NCBI GenBank assembly: GCA_964446735.1
Contig: CAYUQB010000001.1
Coordinates: 111,270 to 175,269 of the forward strand
Length of the DNA stretch: 64,000 bases
Source of the DNA: an uncultured Candidatus Saccharibacteria bacterium
GTDB lineage: Bacteria > Patescibacteriota > Minisyncoccia > Phycocordibacterales > Phycocordibacteraceae
Reading direction: 5' to 3'
Positions within the stretch are counted from its first letter, which is position 1; the number at the start of each line of letters is the position of its first letter. The notes below the pieces were generated by a model. That model made no database searches. It saw nothing but the letters and a program-made list of their open reading frames with translations, and was not told the DNA's origin. The translations under genes and the position numbers were made by a program. Shown here in pieces: positions 40,463 through 49,417 of this stretch.

Positions 40463-40861
40463 ATGAGGTGCGTTATGACCAGGATCGATCTTCGAGAAAC
40501 CTTCTCGCGCCTTCCTCACCTTTCTGCACTCCACGAGCGTCTCCTCCGGGCCGCACGCGAGCAGTTCGGAATGGTGTTCATCGCGCTAAAGCCGTTCATG
40601 GTGAACGAGGACGGCTCGCTCTTCGAAGGCAAATTGGAGCGTCCCTGGCTCATCTTCGCCGATGATCTAGAGGACGAGGCCGTGCTCTATACTGAGCTCG
40701 AGGTGATCGCCCGAGGAATCCACTACGGGCGATACACCAAGGACCAGCTGAATGTCCTCGAGCAGTGGAGTAAGGGCATTCTCACGGTTGTCGACGAGGT
40801 CTGCCCCTTAGTCGACACCTTCGTGGCGCAGGAGCTGAACGATCACCACTTGCTGCAATAA
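40463..40861 (+). CDS. hypothetical protein (132 aa)
   Basis: Divergent from uvrB with no family recognised. Confidence 0.45.
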   Translation: MRCVMTRIDLRETFSRLPHLSALHERLLRAAREQFGMVFIALKPFMVNEDGSLFEGKLERPWLIFADDLEDEAVLYTELEVIARGIHYGRYTKDQLNVLEQWSKGILTVVDEVCPLVDTFVAQELNDHHLLQ

Positions 40862-40901
40862 GACTGACGGGCCGGATCCATGATGATCCGGCCCGCGGAA
40901 G

Positions 40902-42122
40902 TTATGCGTAGTACGCGGACATGAATTCCGCACGATACGCCTCGAACCGATTCTCAAGCAGTGCCAGCCGCGCGCCATCGACGAGTTGGATAATGAATCC
41001 AAGGTTGTGCATTGAAGCAATGATTTGTCCGAGCATCTCACCTGAGCGAAGTTGATGGGCGACATAGGCACGAGTAAATTTTTCAGTTCCAGGAACAACG
41101 GTCTCTGGATCAAGTGGACCGAAGTCATTCCGGTATTTCTCATTCGTAAGATTGATGCTACCGCGTTTCGTATACACGGTGCCGTGCCGACCCAAGCGGG
41201 TCGCAGCGACGCAATCAAAAAGATCCATTCCTTCCGCGATACCAGTCAGAATGTCTCCCGGCTCTCCAATGCCCAGGAAGTGCCGCGGTTTCTCTTCCGG
41301 TAGTTCCGGTATCGCTGCTTGAAGTGCCCCCTGCATATCTTCTTTACTAAACGATCCTCCAATCCCGAAGCCATCGAAATCCATACTGGCGATCTCCTGT
41401 GCACTTTCCCGGCGGAGCTCCTCATATCGCCCGCCTTGTACGATGCCGAAGATGGCTTGGGTACGATTGGCGGCTAGATTCTGTCGATGCGCCTTGAGCG
41501 AGCGAGCAGCCCATGCGTGCGTGCGCCGCATACCATCTTTCTGGTATTCATAGTCGGCAGTGGGCGAGGTGCATTCATCAAATGCAAAGAACATATCCGC
41601 TCCTAACGCATGCTGGATCTCGACAGAACGCTCTGGGGTGAAGCGATGGAGTGAACCATCAAGATGCGAGGTAAATGTCACTCCCTCTTCGTCGACGATG
41701 GCGAGCTGTCCGTGTTGTGACTGTATATCTTCGTCGTACACGGTAACTCCTTGATCACGCGCATTCTCATCGCCTTTTGCAATTTTGGTTATGTTCTTCC
41801 CGAACGCAGCACCAAGCGAGAATACCTGGAAACCACCTGAATCAGTCATGGTGGGCCCATCCCAACCCATGAAGTTCGCAAGTCCGCCCGCCTGCTCTAC
41901 GATTCCTGGCCCAGGCTGGAGGTACAGGTGGTAGGTATTTGCAAGCACGACCTGCGCACCAAGCTGTTTGAGCATGTCTGGCACCACGCCTTTGACTCCA
42001 GCCTTGGTGCCAACCGGCACAAAGGCTGGGGTTTCAATCACCCCGTGGGGTGTGCTTAAGATTCCCGCGCGGGCACGACCTGAGCGAGATTGGATAGAAA
42101 ACGAGAGTGGACGGCGCTCCAT
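40902..42122 (-). CDS. tgt: queuine tRNA-ribosyltransferase
   Basis: ...TPAFVPVGTKAGVKG...ANTYHLYLQPG... matches the Tgt TIM-barrel signature, 406 aa. Confidence 0.9.
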   Translation of the reverse strand: MERRPLSFSIQSRSGRARAGILSTPHGVIETPAFVPVGTKAGVKGVVPDMLKQLGAQVVLANTYHLYLQPGPGIVEQAGGLANFMGWDGPTMTDSGGFQVFSLGAAFGKNITKIAKGDENARDQGVTVYDEDIQSQHGQLAIVDEEGVTFTSHLDGSLHRFTPERSVEIQHALGADMFFAFDECTSPTADYEYQKDGMRRTHAWAARSLKAHRQNLAANRTQAIFGIVQGGRYEELRRESAQEIASMDFDGFGIGGSFSKEDMQGALQAAIPELPEEKPRHFLGIGEPGDILTGIAEGMDLFDCVAATRLGRHGTVYTKRGSINLTNEKYRNDFGPLDPETVVPGTEKFTRAYVAHQLRSGEMLGQIIASMHNLGFIIQLVDGARLALLENRFEAYRAEFMSAYYA

Positions 42123-42226
42123 ATCCTTTAGCTATAGCATAATTTGCGCCCGCAAAACGTGTTCATGAGCTCTTCATCTACCGCTCTGTACGCTTACGGT
42201 ACCGCTCATTCTCCTATCCCATAGAT

Positions 42227-42257
42227 TTGACATAGTGCGAAACTCAATGTATATAAT
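42227..42257 (+). promoter_or_regulatory. near-consensus sigma-70-type promoter (TTGACA-17/19-TATATAAT)
   Basis: TTGACA at 42227-42232 and TATATAAT at 42250-42257, about 75 nt upstream of the ATG at 42332. GGAGAGGAG SD at 42317-42325. Confidence 0.5.
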
Positions 42258-42331
42258 TGAACAGGTTCTGTTCTTCCGAGTCTAGGACGAGCAGAGCTCC
42301 ACATCGGCTTCAATCCGGAGAGGAGACCTCC

Positions 42332-43114
42332 ATGACTCGCACACAGTCGTTCGGGCGTTGGGGGTTCGCCTTCGCGCTCGCCTCCGCTAGCGTTCTCACG
42401 AATGCTGGCACCGCCTACGCACAGTTTGCGCCAGGAGCTCCCGCTTCCGCGGAGCGCCAGTGCGCGAGCTCCGTCGGCCCCGACGGCAAGTTGGTGACCG
42501 GTAGTTGTGGCGGTGCTACAACTCCGGCGCCTGCTGCTACCGCGCCTGGCACCTGCATCATGCAGCCGCTCGGTGACGGCAGGTTCGCCCTCACTGGCTG
42601 CGCGGGCTTCACGCCCACCGCGTCCGCCGTCGACACCAACGGCTTGCCGGATCAGGTGATGATGGACTTCAACGAGCGGACGGGCCCCATGGTCATGACG
42701 GCCCGGGACGCCATCCGGGCGAAGATGAGCCAGGGCTATTCCCACACGGAAGCCCGGGACTACGTCGGCTGGATGGCCTCGAGCAACGCCCAGATGTGCT
42801 CCAACCTGGAGCGCTCCAGGCGTAAGCAGAAGAACGCCGCCCCGTTGCGCTACTTCCTGTATGGCCTCGGCTTGGCCGGTGGCTTCGTGGCAAGCAGCGG
42901 ACTTTCGACGACTGCGCGCCTCGGCTACACGGGCATGGCGGCCACGACCTTCGCGCTCAACGAGGTGAACGTCTCCCAGTGGAACTTCGACCGTTCCATC
43001 TGGCGCGACGACTTCCAGGCCTGGTGCGGCTCCATGAACTATCACGAGGTCCGCACCAAGAAGTACGACCAGTCCTTCACCGCCTGGCAGGCCAAGACCA
43101 AGATCGGCCGCTAG
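42332..43114 (+). CDS. secreted hypothetical protein (260 aa) with very high GC and signal peptide
   Basis: Start refined to MTRTQSFGRWGFAFALASASVLTNAGTAYA|Q. GC3 is near-saturated, unlike neighbours. Confidence 0.6.
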   Translation: MTRTQSFGRWGFAFALASASVLTNAGTAYAQFAPGAPASAERQCASSVGPDGKLVTGSCGGATTPAPAATAPGTCIMQPLGDGRFALTGCAGFTPTASAVDTNGLPDQVMMDFNERTGPMVMTARDAIRAKMSQGYSHTEARDYVGWMASSNAQMCSNLERSRRKQKNAAPLRYFLYGLGLAGGFVASSGLSTTARLGYTGMAATTFALNEVNVSQWNFDRSIWRDDFQAWCGSMNYHEVRTKKYDQSFTAWQAKTKIGR

Positions 43115-43149
43115 ACTCCAACCAGTTCACTACCGTTTTGCATAACGGC

Positions 43150-43185
43150 ATCGCCGCGCCCTTCGGGACGCGGCGATACTGTTTT
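43150..43185. terminator. Rho-independent terminator (ATCGCCGCG...CGCGGCGAT + T-tract)
   Basis: 9-bp GC-rich stem followed by ACTGTTTTAT. Confidence 0.6.
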
Positions 43186-43199
43186 ATATCTAACGTTCT

Positions 43200-43709
43200 T
43201 TACTGCCCCACCTTCACCAACTCCACTTCAAAGATGAGCGTGGCGTTTGGAGGAATGACGCCACCTGCACCCTGGGAGCCATACGCCATATCGGGAGGAA
43301 TCACGAGTCGACGCTTACCACCTTCTTTCATACCCACGAGTCCCTCATCCCATCCGGTAATAACCTGGCGAGTACCGAGCTGGAAGGTAAACGGCTGTCC
43401 GTGCCTGGCTGATGCATCGAAGACGGTACCGTCTGGAAGTGCACCTATGTAATGGACGGTAACGATATCGCCAGACTTTGCTGCTGCTCCAGTTCCCTCA
43501 ACGGTATCAACAACCGTAAGAGTCGTAGGAAGTGGTCCGGACAAAGGTGCGACGTTTTCTGAAGTAGGTGCCATGTTCAAGTTCGCCTCTGATACCTGCT
43601 CGTCAGTAACAGCGCCAAACGGACGGAGCAGATTTGGTCCTAGAAACAGGAAGCCGACTCCTATGACGACGGCGAGCGTAACAGCTACAGCAGTTGCAGT
43701 GACGTTCAT
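43200..43709 (-). CDS. FKBP-type peptidyl-prolyl cis-trans isomerase (secreted/anchored)
   Basis: ...GDIVTVHYIGALPDGTVFDAS...FQLG...VITGWDEGLVGMKEGGKRRLVIPP..AYG... is a canonical FKBP domain with an N-terminal hydrophobic segment. Confidence 0.8.
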   Translation of the reverse strand: MNVTATAVAVTLAVVIGVGFLFLGPNLLRPFGAVTDEQVSEANLNMAPTSENVAPLSGPLPTTLTVVDTVEGTGAAAKSGDIVTVHYIGALPDGTVFDASARHGQPFTFQLGTRQVITGWDEGLVGMKEGGKRRLVIPPDMAYGSQGAGGVIPPNATLIFEVELVKVGQ

Positions 43710-43742
43710 ATGCTTAGATAAAATTAATACGAATCCAGTATA

Positions 43743-44129
43743 TCACTGGGCACTCCCGTCAAAGAATCCAACGACCTGAGGCCCATTGGCGTAGCGCATA
43801 AGGAGGCGCTCTTCCCCGCCTGTAGTAAGGACCAGCTGGCCACGCGAATCAATGGACAATTCCCCGGGCGCCCCTTCGGTGTAGTGTAGTGCACTTCGTA
43901 GACGCTCTGAGGGCACCGACTTGAGATACCGCACGAGGGGAGGCACAGCGCCACCCTCTGGAAACTGAACATCAAGTGCGTCCAGAAATGACTCCATCGA
44001 ATCGGTACCAGGTTCTGCTTCTGGAGTGTTTGGTCTTTGCGATGCCTCAATGGCTGACTGAAGCTCTCCGCGCCACTCCTTCGGCGTCTCCGGCTCCTCG
44101 CGTACCGTAAGTCGTCGTAGTCTCTCCAT
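43743..44129 (-). CDS. hypothetical protein (128 aa) tightly coupled downstream of the large ATPase
   Basis: Start 2 nt after the ATPase stop. Confidence 0.45.
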   Translation of the reverse strand: MERLRRLTVREEPETPKEWRGELQSAIEASQRPNTPEAEPGTDSMESFLDALDVQFPEGGAVPPLVRYLKSVPSERLRSALHYTEGAPGELSIDSRGQLVLTTGGEERLLMRYANGPQVVGFFDGSAQ

Positions 44130-44131
44130 AC

Positions 44132-46861
44132 TTAGGTGAGATACCGCGCACGAATAGCATCCTCGACCGGCCCACGCTCGCGTCCATACGTGAGATAGGA
44201 AAGCTGACGCAGATCGTCGATCTGTGCCTCGTTCCCCTTCACCGGTGGCAGGGCATGAATGTTAAAGGGCTTCTGTGGTACGCCATGCGCAAGAAGTTTC
44301 ACGTAGGCATTAAAGTTTTCGATTGACGTGAAGTCTCCGGCTTTAAAGACTGGCGCATACTGCTTCTCAAAGAATTCTCCATCCTCTTGGCCGACACGGA
44401 ATACTGCCATAGAACCCACGTTGCCGAAAACAGCATTGCGAATCTTCTCATCAACTTGGGAGAGGAACTGATGCGCAATGGTGAGCGAGAGCTTGTATTT
44501 GCGAGCTTCCGAGAGAATACCCGGAATCGAATCGGTTGTAATGTTCTGGAACTCGTCGATATAGAGGTAGAAGGGCGGGAATGTTCCCCGTGGATCATCC
44601 GCACGAGAGAGCGCTGCCATGAAGAGCTTCCCTACCAAGATGAGACCGAGCAGGTTTGCATTACGTTCTCCGAGGCGACCTTTGGAGAGATTGACCAGAA
44701 GTATCTTCTTTCCATCGATCACCTCTCGGAAATTAAACGAGGAGTGTTGCTGACCAATGATAGGCCGCATGAAGTCGTTTGCCGTGAAGTCGTCGAACTT
44801 GTTCGTGATGTACGGAACGATGTTGGCAAGAGAGGCTTCCCCTTCTGCCTGAGTAGCGATCTCCTGCCAGAATTGATTGACGATGGGGTTATTACTGCGA
44901 GAAAGCTTCAAATCCCGGAATGCTTTATTCGCAAGCACCCGCCCAATATCCATTAAGGTAGAGCCGGAAGCAGGATCTTCCATGACCAGCAGCGTGGCAT
45001 TGCGGAAGTACTGCTCGAAGGCCGGACCCATAGACTCCGGTACATCCCCGTACAGTCGACGGAAGATGGCGAGCATCTCGTTAACGATGAAGGTTTTCTG
45101 CTCCGGGTGCGCAGAATCGTATTCAAGGAGATTAAGACCAAACGGTCGTGAGAGTTCCGCAGGATCAAAGTAGATGACATCCTCGTAGCGTTCCGGAGGG
45201 ATGTACGAAAGTACATCGAGAATGTCGTTCCCGTGCGGATCAATGAAGCACACTCCCTCGCCTGCTTGTATGTCCTGGGCGATGAGCGTCTTCATGAATG
45301 ACGTCTTACCCGTACCCGTCTGGCCGATGACATATAGGTGCCGAAGCCTATCATCCGGTGATAGACGAGCCTCTGCATGTACGCCTCGATAGTCATTGGT
45401 GCCAAGCACGACTCCTTCTTTCGGGAGTGTTGACGGAGCGGGCGCTTCGGTGAAGCGTGACTGTGCGAGGTGTGGAGCTGACTCGATGCCGCGTGGCGGG
45501 AAATGATAGAGCGCAGTCAGTTCGCGAAGTGAGAGTGGAAGTGCGCTGGTGCGCGAGAACAGTCGGAATGTAAAGTTATGAAATAGCTTCTTGGCGTCAC
45601 TCTTCCCTGCCTCCTTGAACTCGAGCCGGTTTCCAATAGTGTTCTCGAACTGGTTGAATGCTGCTTCTAGTTCAGAACGAATGGAGCGAGCTTTGGCAGC
45701 ATCACGAGAAGAAACCACAATACGAATATTTGTCTCGACAATGGGTGCGGTGATCTTTCGTTCCACTTGCTCAATCGCCACCTTGTCTGCATTCGTAGGA
45801 TCAAGCTTCTTTTTAGATGAGCCAAACAGACCAATCGCCTCACGCGCAAGATCACCAGCAAAGGTTTCTGGGAGATTAAATGCACGGTACCTATTCTCCC
45901 CCTTACGAAGTTCCGCAAGAATGCGTCGGTAGTGCTCAACATACCGGTGACCAGTGGGACGCATGATGATCTGAAGTGAAGCTCCTTCGCCTTCTGGATC
46001 GATCTTTGCAAACGCATTCAATACCGAGTTCAGAGGATCGTAGTCAAAGTCTCCGTAATCCTTGAGCGGAAGCATGGGACGATCCTTAAGCGTTGCGTGG
46101 GAGCCAAGCGAAATACCGTCCTCGGCGAAGATGTTGTAGTCATTCGGCTGTGCCGCAACCCGTGCGCCAGGAAAGATGGCGAGCAACTGTTTTTCAAACA
46201 GATCTCGCTTACTATGCGCAACTGCCGCATAAAAACGGAGCGTCGGTGCATCCATCGGAACGGCAAGCTCAAGCGTCAGATATGCTGGCTCGTCTTTCTC
46301 TGCGTGCTCAACTGAAAGCATTCCCGCGTAGAACTGTTCCATTGCGGAGATGAGCTCCTTGAGCGGCTTGGTGCGGTTCTGAGAATCATCTCCTGCGGTG
46401 GGCTCTGGAAGCGCAATTTCATACAGGGTCATGCGGAGTGCCTTCCAGGTGGGCTGGCCCTCAGGAAGTCCAGACGGGCTCATGCCGGAAATTACGTACT
46501 GCACCAAAAACCTATGGAAATCATCCTCCAGGTGCGGGTTGTTTAGCTTCTCCAACACTGCAAAGGCATTTTTAATGCCTTTTTCCTCCATCAACACCTT
46601 GAGTTCGCGTATGGTCTCGTCGTTTGCTTCAGGCGCAAGCCCTTTCGCAAGTTCATGAGATGCTTCGGGTGAAAGTCGATACTCAGGAGCCAGCACGTGT
46701 TCAGCTGCCGTGCGATGTGCAAGCAGTCGTTCTTGTGCGACTTCTTCGCGCGCTGGTTGCTCACGCATCTGGCGTAGCTCAGCTTCTTTAAGCGCAACCT
46801 GCTGACGCAAGTATGCGAGTTCATCCTCGGGATTAGCGAGCGGACGAAGCGGGCCTTCCAT
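44132..46861 (-). CDS. VirD4/TraD-like (T4CP / FtsK-HerA superfamily) P-loop ATPase with long N-terminal helical extension
   Basis: Walker A VIGQTGTGKTSFMK followed by DPHGN, Walker B YLYIDEFQNI and ...LTIAHQFLSQV.... No TM helices seen. Start refined to MEGPLRPL (approximate). The 1004-aa track ORF overlaps purC. Confidence 0.65.
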   Translation of the reverse strand: MEGPLRPLANPEDELAYLRQQVALKEAELRQMREQPAREEVAQERLLAHRTAAEHVLAPEYRLSPEASHELAKGLAPEANDETIRELKVLMEEKGIKNAFAVLEKLNNPHLEDDFHRFLVQYVISGMSPSGLPEGQPTWKALRMTLYEIALPEPTAGDDSQNRTKPLKELISAMEQFYAGMLSVEHAEKDEPAYLTLELAVPMDAPTLRFYAAVAHSKRDLFEKQLLAIFPGARVAAQPNDYNIFAEDGISLGSHATLKDRPMLPLKDYGDFDYDPLNSVLNAFAKIDPEGEGASLQIIMRPTGHRYVEHYRRILAELRKGENRYRAFNLPETFAGDLAREAIGLFGSSKKKLDPTNADKVAIEQVERKITAPIVETNIRIVVSSRDAAKARSIRSELEAAFNQFENTIGNRLEFKEAGKSDAKKLFHNFTFRLFSRTSALPLSLRELTALYHFPPRGIESAPHLAQSRFTEAPAPSTLPKEGVVLGTNDYRGVHAEARLSPDDRLRHLYVIGQTGTGKTSFMKTLIAQDIQAGEGVCFIDPHGNDILDVLSYIPPERYEDVIYFDPAELSRPFGLNLLEYDSAHPEQKTFIVNEMLAIFRRLYGDVPESMGPAFEQYFRNATLLVMEDPASGSTLMDIGRVLANKAFRDLKLSRSNNPIVNQFWQEIATQAEGEASLANIVPYITNKFDDFTANDFMRPIIGQQHSSFNFREVIDGKKILLVNLSKGRLGERNANLLGLILVGKLFMAALSRADDPRGTFPPFYLYIDEFQNITTDSIPGILSEARKYKLSLTIAHQFLSQVDEKIRNAVFGNVGSMAVFRVGQEDGEFFEKQYAPVFKAGDFTSIENFNAYVKLLAHGVPQKPFNIHALPPVKGNEAQIDDLRQLSYLTYGRERGPVEDAIRARYLT

Positions 46862-46970
46862 CACTGTAAGTATAAAGTACGAAAACGTTTGTTTCTGCGT
46901 GAGGCGAGGATAAAAGAGTTGCCGGCAGCCACACATACGCGTAGCTGCCGGCAGTACTGCTTGGAGCAGA

Positions 46971-47897
46971 TTAGCTTCGAGGTACAGGGAAGGCTTTCGT
47001 TCCCCTGAAGACGAAGTTGGCGTTGACCCACTCCCGCACCTGTGCGGCCACTTCCGGAAAGCGATCCGAGAGGTCGGCGGCTCGGCCCAACTGCAACTTC
47101 GTGAGTTCAGCGGAGGCCCCCTTACGAAAGCCCTCCTTGCTCGCATGTTCCCCGTTCACGAGCAGACGGCAGGATTCGGCGTCGATGACGTCACCGATCC
47201 AGAGCTGGCCGTGCTCGTCGAAGCCATACTCGATCTTCATGTCGGGGAACGTGATGTCGACTCCCGCAAGCTCGCCCACAAGCTCCCAGGCGTACTCGAG
47301 TACTTCGTACACCGCCTGGTTAGTTGCGGCAATGACCGGGAGCAGTTCACGTGTTCCGACGATCGGAAAGGTTTCCAGCAAATTGAGCCGGAGGAAGTAG
47401 CAGCCATTCGTGCACGGCAGATCCGGCCGGTAGAGGTAGACGCCCTCGTCGGTAATCTGCATGAACGGGTCGTCGCACGGAAGCTCATAGCTCCCCTTGC
47501 TACCCGGCCACGTACGCCCCTTGGTCTTGAGGAAGAATTCGACGCAGGCCGTTTCGAAGGGTGTTCCCTCTTTGACCTTGGGGTTGCGCTTGAGGTATGA
47601 CCCCCAAGCGAGTCCCCGGGTCACGACCTCGAGCAGGATCATATCGAGCTCGAGGGCAATGAACGACGTCGGGCTGTCCTGCTCGCGATACGCGACCGGG
47701 AAGCCGCAGAACTTGAGCAGCTCGAAGACGTTGACCGTCGTACGAGTCGAGATCTCTGCCTTCCCTGCGATGACTTCGTGTCGTGCGCCGTCGCCGGCGG
47801 TGGTGTCGTCGAGATTCCGGAGCCGGACACGACGTTCGAACGGGTGATCGACGCGTTCGACCGCCTTCGTTTTGCCTCGTGCAAGAACCTGATTCAT
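46971..47897 (-). CDS. purC: phosphoribosylaminoimidazole-succinocarboxamide (SAICAR) synthase-like
   Basis: N-terminal ...ARGKTKAVERV...DDTTAGDGARHEVIAGKAEIS...NVFELLKFCGFPVAY parallels PurC. GC-rich. Confidence 0.7.
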   Translation of the reverse strand: MNQVLARGKTKAVERVDHPFERRVRLRNLDDTTAGDGARHEVIAGKAEISTRTTVNVFELLKFCGFPVAYREQDSPTSFIALELDMILLEVVTRGLAWGSYLKRNPKVKEGTPFETACVEFFLKTKGRTWPGSKGSYELPCDDPFMQITDEGVYLYRPDLPCTNGCYFLRLNLLETFPIVGTRELLPVIAATNQAVYEVLEYAWELVGELAGVDITFPDMKIEYGFDEHGQLWIGDVIDAESCRLLVNGEHASKEGFRKGASAELTKLQLGRAADLSDRFPEVAAQVREWVNANFVFRGTKAFPVPRS

Positions 47898-47908
47898 GGT
47901 GCGTTCCT

Positions 47909-48397
47909 TCAGTCTTCGACGGTCGTTGGGACCGACTCGGTTTGACGTTCACGCCACGCGTTGAGACGGGCGCGTACTTCATCGTTGGATAGCGCGAGAA
48001 TGGCGGCCGCATAGAGGCCGGCATTTTTCGCGCCGTTGATGGCCATGGTGCCCACGGGAATACCAGCAGGCATCTGTACGATCGAGAGCAGACTGTCCTG
48101 GCCATTCAAGGCCTTGCTTTGGATGGGCACGCCGATGACCGGCAGGCTGGTGAGCGCTGCGGTGACGCCCGGCAGGTGCGCGGCGCCGCCCGCTCCCGCG
48201 ATGATGACGCGGAAGCCATGGCGCCATGCCTTACTGGCGAACTCGTAGGCGCGACCCGGCGTCCGGTGCGCTGAGATCACCTTGGCCTCGTATGCGATGC
48301 CTAGTTCCTCGAGGACAGCCATCGCTTCCTTCATGACAGGCAAATCTGAACGGCTGCCCATGATGACCGCGACCAGCGGGGTATCGATTCTTTCCAC
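47909..48397 (-). CDS. purE: N5-carboxyaminoimidazole ribonucleotide mutase
   Basis: ...[17 protein letters not shown]...ISAHRTP...[13 protein letters not shown]... is canonical PurE. Confidence 0.85.
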   Translation of the reverse strand: MERIDTPLVAVIMGSRSDLPVMKEAMAVLEELGIAYEAKVISAHRTPGRAYEFASKAWRHGFRVIIAGAGGAAHLPGVTAALTSLPVIGVPIQSKALNGQDSLLSIVQMPAGIPVGTMAINGAKNAGLYAAAILALSNDEVRARLNAWRERQTESVPTTVED

Positions 48398-48434
48398 GAT
48401 TGCACCTCTTGTGCGGTTGTTGTCGAAAGCGGGA

Positions 48435-48464
48435 GTCCCGCTGGAACAAAGGTTCCGGCGGGAC
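48435..48464. promoter_or_regulatory. 13-bp inverted repeat GTCCCGCTGGAAC-aaag-GTTCCGGCGGGAC in a divergent intergenic region
   Basis: Near-perfect palindrome (one G-U/A-G position) between the purE start and the + strand gene at 48566. No U-tract, so operator-like rather than terminator. Confidence 0.3.
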
Positions 48465-48565
48465 TATACCATTAGGTTGCATTTTTTACCTGCGGCGTTA
48501 GGGTACCTACAGGGTGCGGAAGACCAAGCAGCCCGCTTGGCCACACGTTCTCTGGAGGTGAAGAG

Positions 48566-48943
48566 ATGACCAGGTTCATGCGAACTGCCGTCCTGGAGGC
48601 GACCCTGCGCGCTGAGCTCACGCCGGCCGTGATGAGCGGCAAGGCCTGGCTCGACGAGAACTACCCCGGCTGGCATGCCAAGGTCGACATCGGTGTGCTC
48701 GACATCGGATGCCGCGAGTGCTGCATGATCGGCCAGCTCGAGACGGAGGGCAACTACAACGAGACGGTTCGGCGCCTGAAGCTCCGGGACACCACGATGG
48801 AGTCCCTCGGCCTCTTCGTGAAGGGGCCGGAGACCGAACTGAGGTCCTTCACGTACGACATCCTGACCGACCTCTGGATCGAGATGATCGTGTTGGCGGG
48901 CGCGGCCAACGACACCGGCGAGCGCCAGTTGCTGGCCGCCTGA
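48566..48943 (+). CDS. hypothetical protein (125 aa), GC-rich
   Basis: Divergent from purE with no family recognised. Confidence 0.45.
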   Translation: MTRFMRTAVLEATLRAELTPAVMSGKAWLDENYPGWHAKVDIGVLDIGCRECCMIGQLETEGNYNETVRRLKLRDTTMESLGLFVKGPETELRSFTYDILTDLWIEMIVLAGAANDTGERQLLAA

Positions 48944-49000
48944 CGCAACGGCAAGGCCGCTGGGAGAGATCCCAGCGGCCGCCACCTTTTATACCCCTTA

Positions 49001-49339
49001 CTACGCTGGGCGCTTAGTCATCACTCCAAAGAGTGCAGTGACCAATGAGACCACAATCGAGAAGAAGAATGCCGGCCAGAACCCGTCCACATCGAAACCG
49101 GGAACGAGCATCCCCGCCAGGATAATGAGCAGTGCGTTTACGATGAGCGAGAAGATGCCCAACGTCACGATATTCAAAGGAAGCGTGAGCAGATTGATGA
49201 TGGGCTTGAAGAAAACGTTGATAACACCAAGCACCACCGCAAGCACGATGGCGCCCAGAAGTGACACGGAGACGCCCGGTATCAGATATGCAGCAATGAG
49301 AATGGCCACTGCTGAAACGAGCCAATGGATGAGGGTCAT
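49001..49339 (-). CDS. four-TM small membrane protein (phage-holin-4/YvlD-like, DUF360-type)
   Basis: 112 aa with four hydrophobic helices and a short charged C-terminus. Confidence 0.5.
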   Translation of the reverse strand: MTLIHWLVSAVAILIAAYLIPGVSVSLLGAIVLAVVLGVINVFFKPIINLLTLPLNIVTLGIFSLIVNALLIILAGMLVPGFDVDGFWPAFFFSIVVSLVTALFGVMTKRPA

Positions 49340-49417
49340 GAATATGACGCTAGCGGATAACAGTATTCAGTATAGCGCTGTATAGAGAAGTGAAGGTGAA
49401 GGGTGTGCTTAACTCTT

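Noticed and set aside
42206-43045. 279-aa minus-strand ORF overlapping the secreted-protein gene
   Set aside because: It is the mirror ORF of the very GC-rich + strand gene. The + strand has promoter, SD, signal peptide and terminator support.
44132-47146. Full 1004-aa call for the ATPase (start at 47146)
   Set aside because: The first 95 codons overlap the 3' end of purC by about 175 nt and are Arg/Ser/Pro-rich. I placed the start at the internal MEGPLRPL. My nucleotide bookkeeping near 46920 was off by one, so the start coordinate is approximate.
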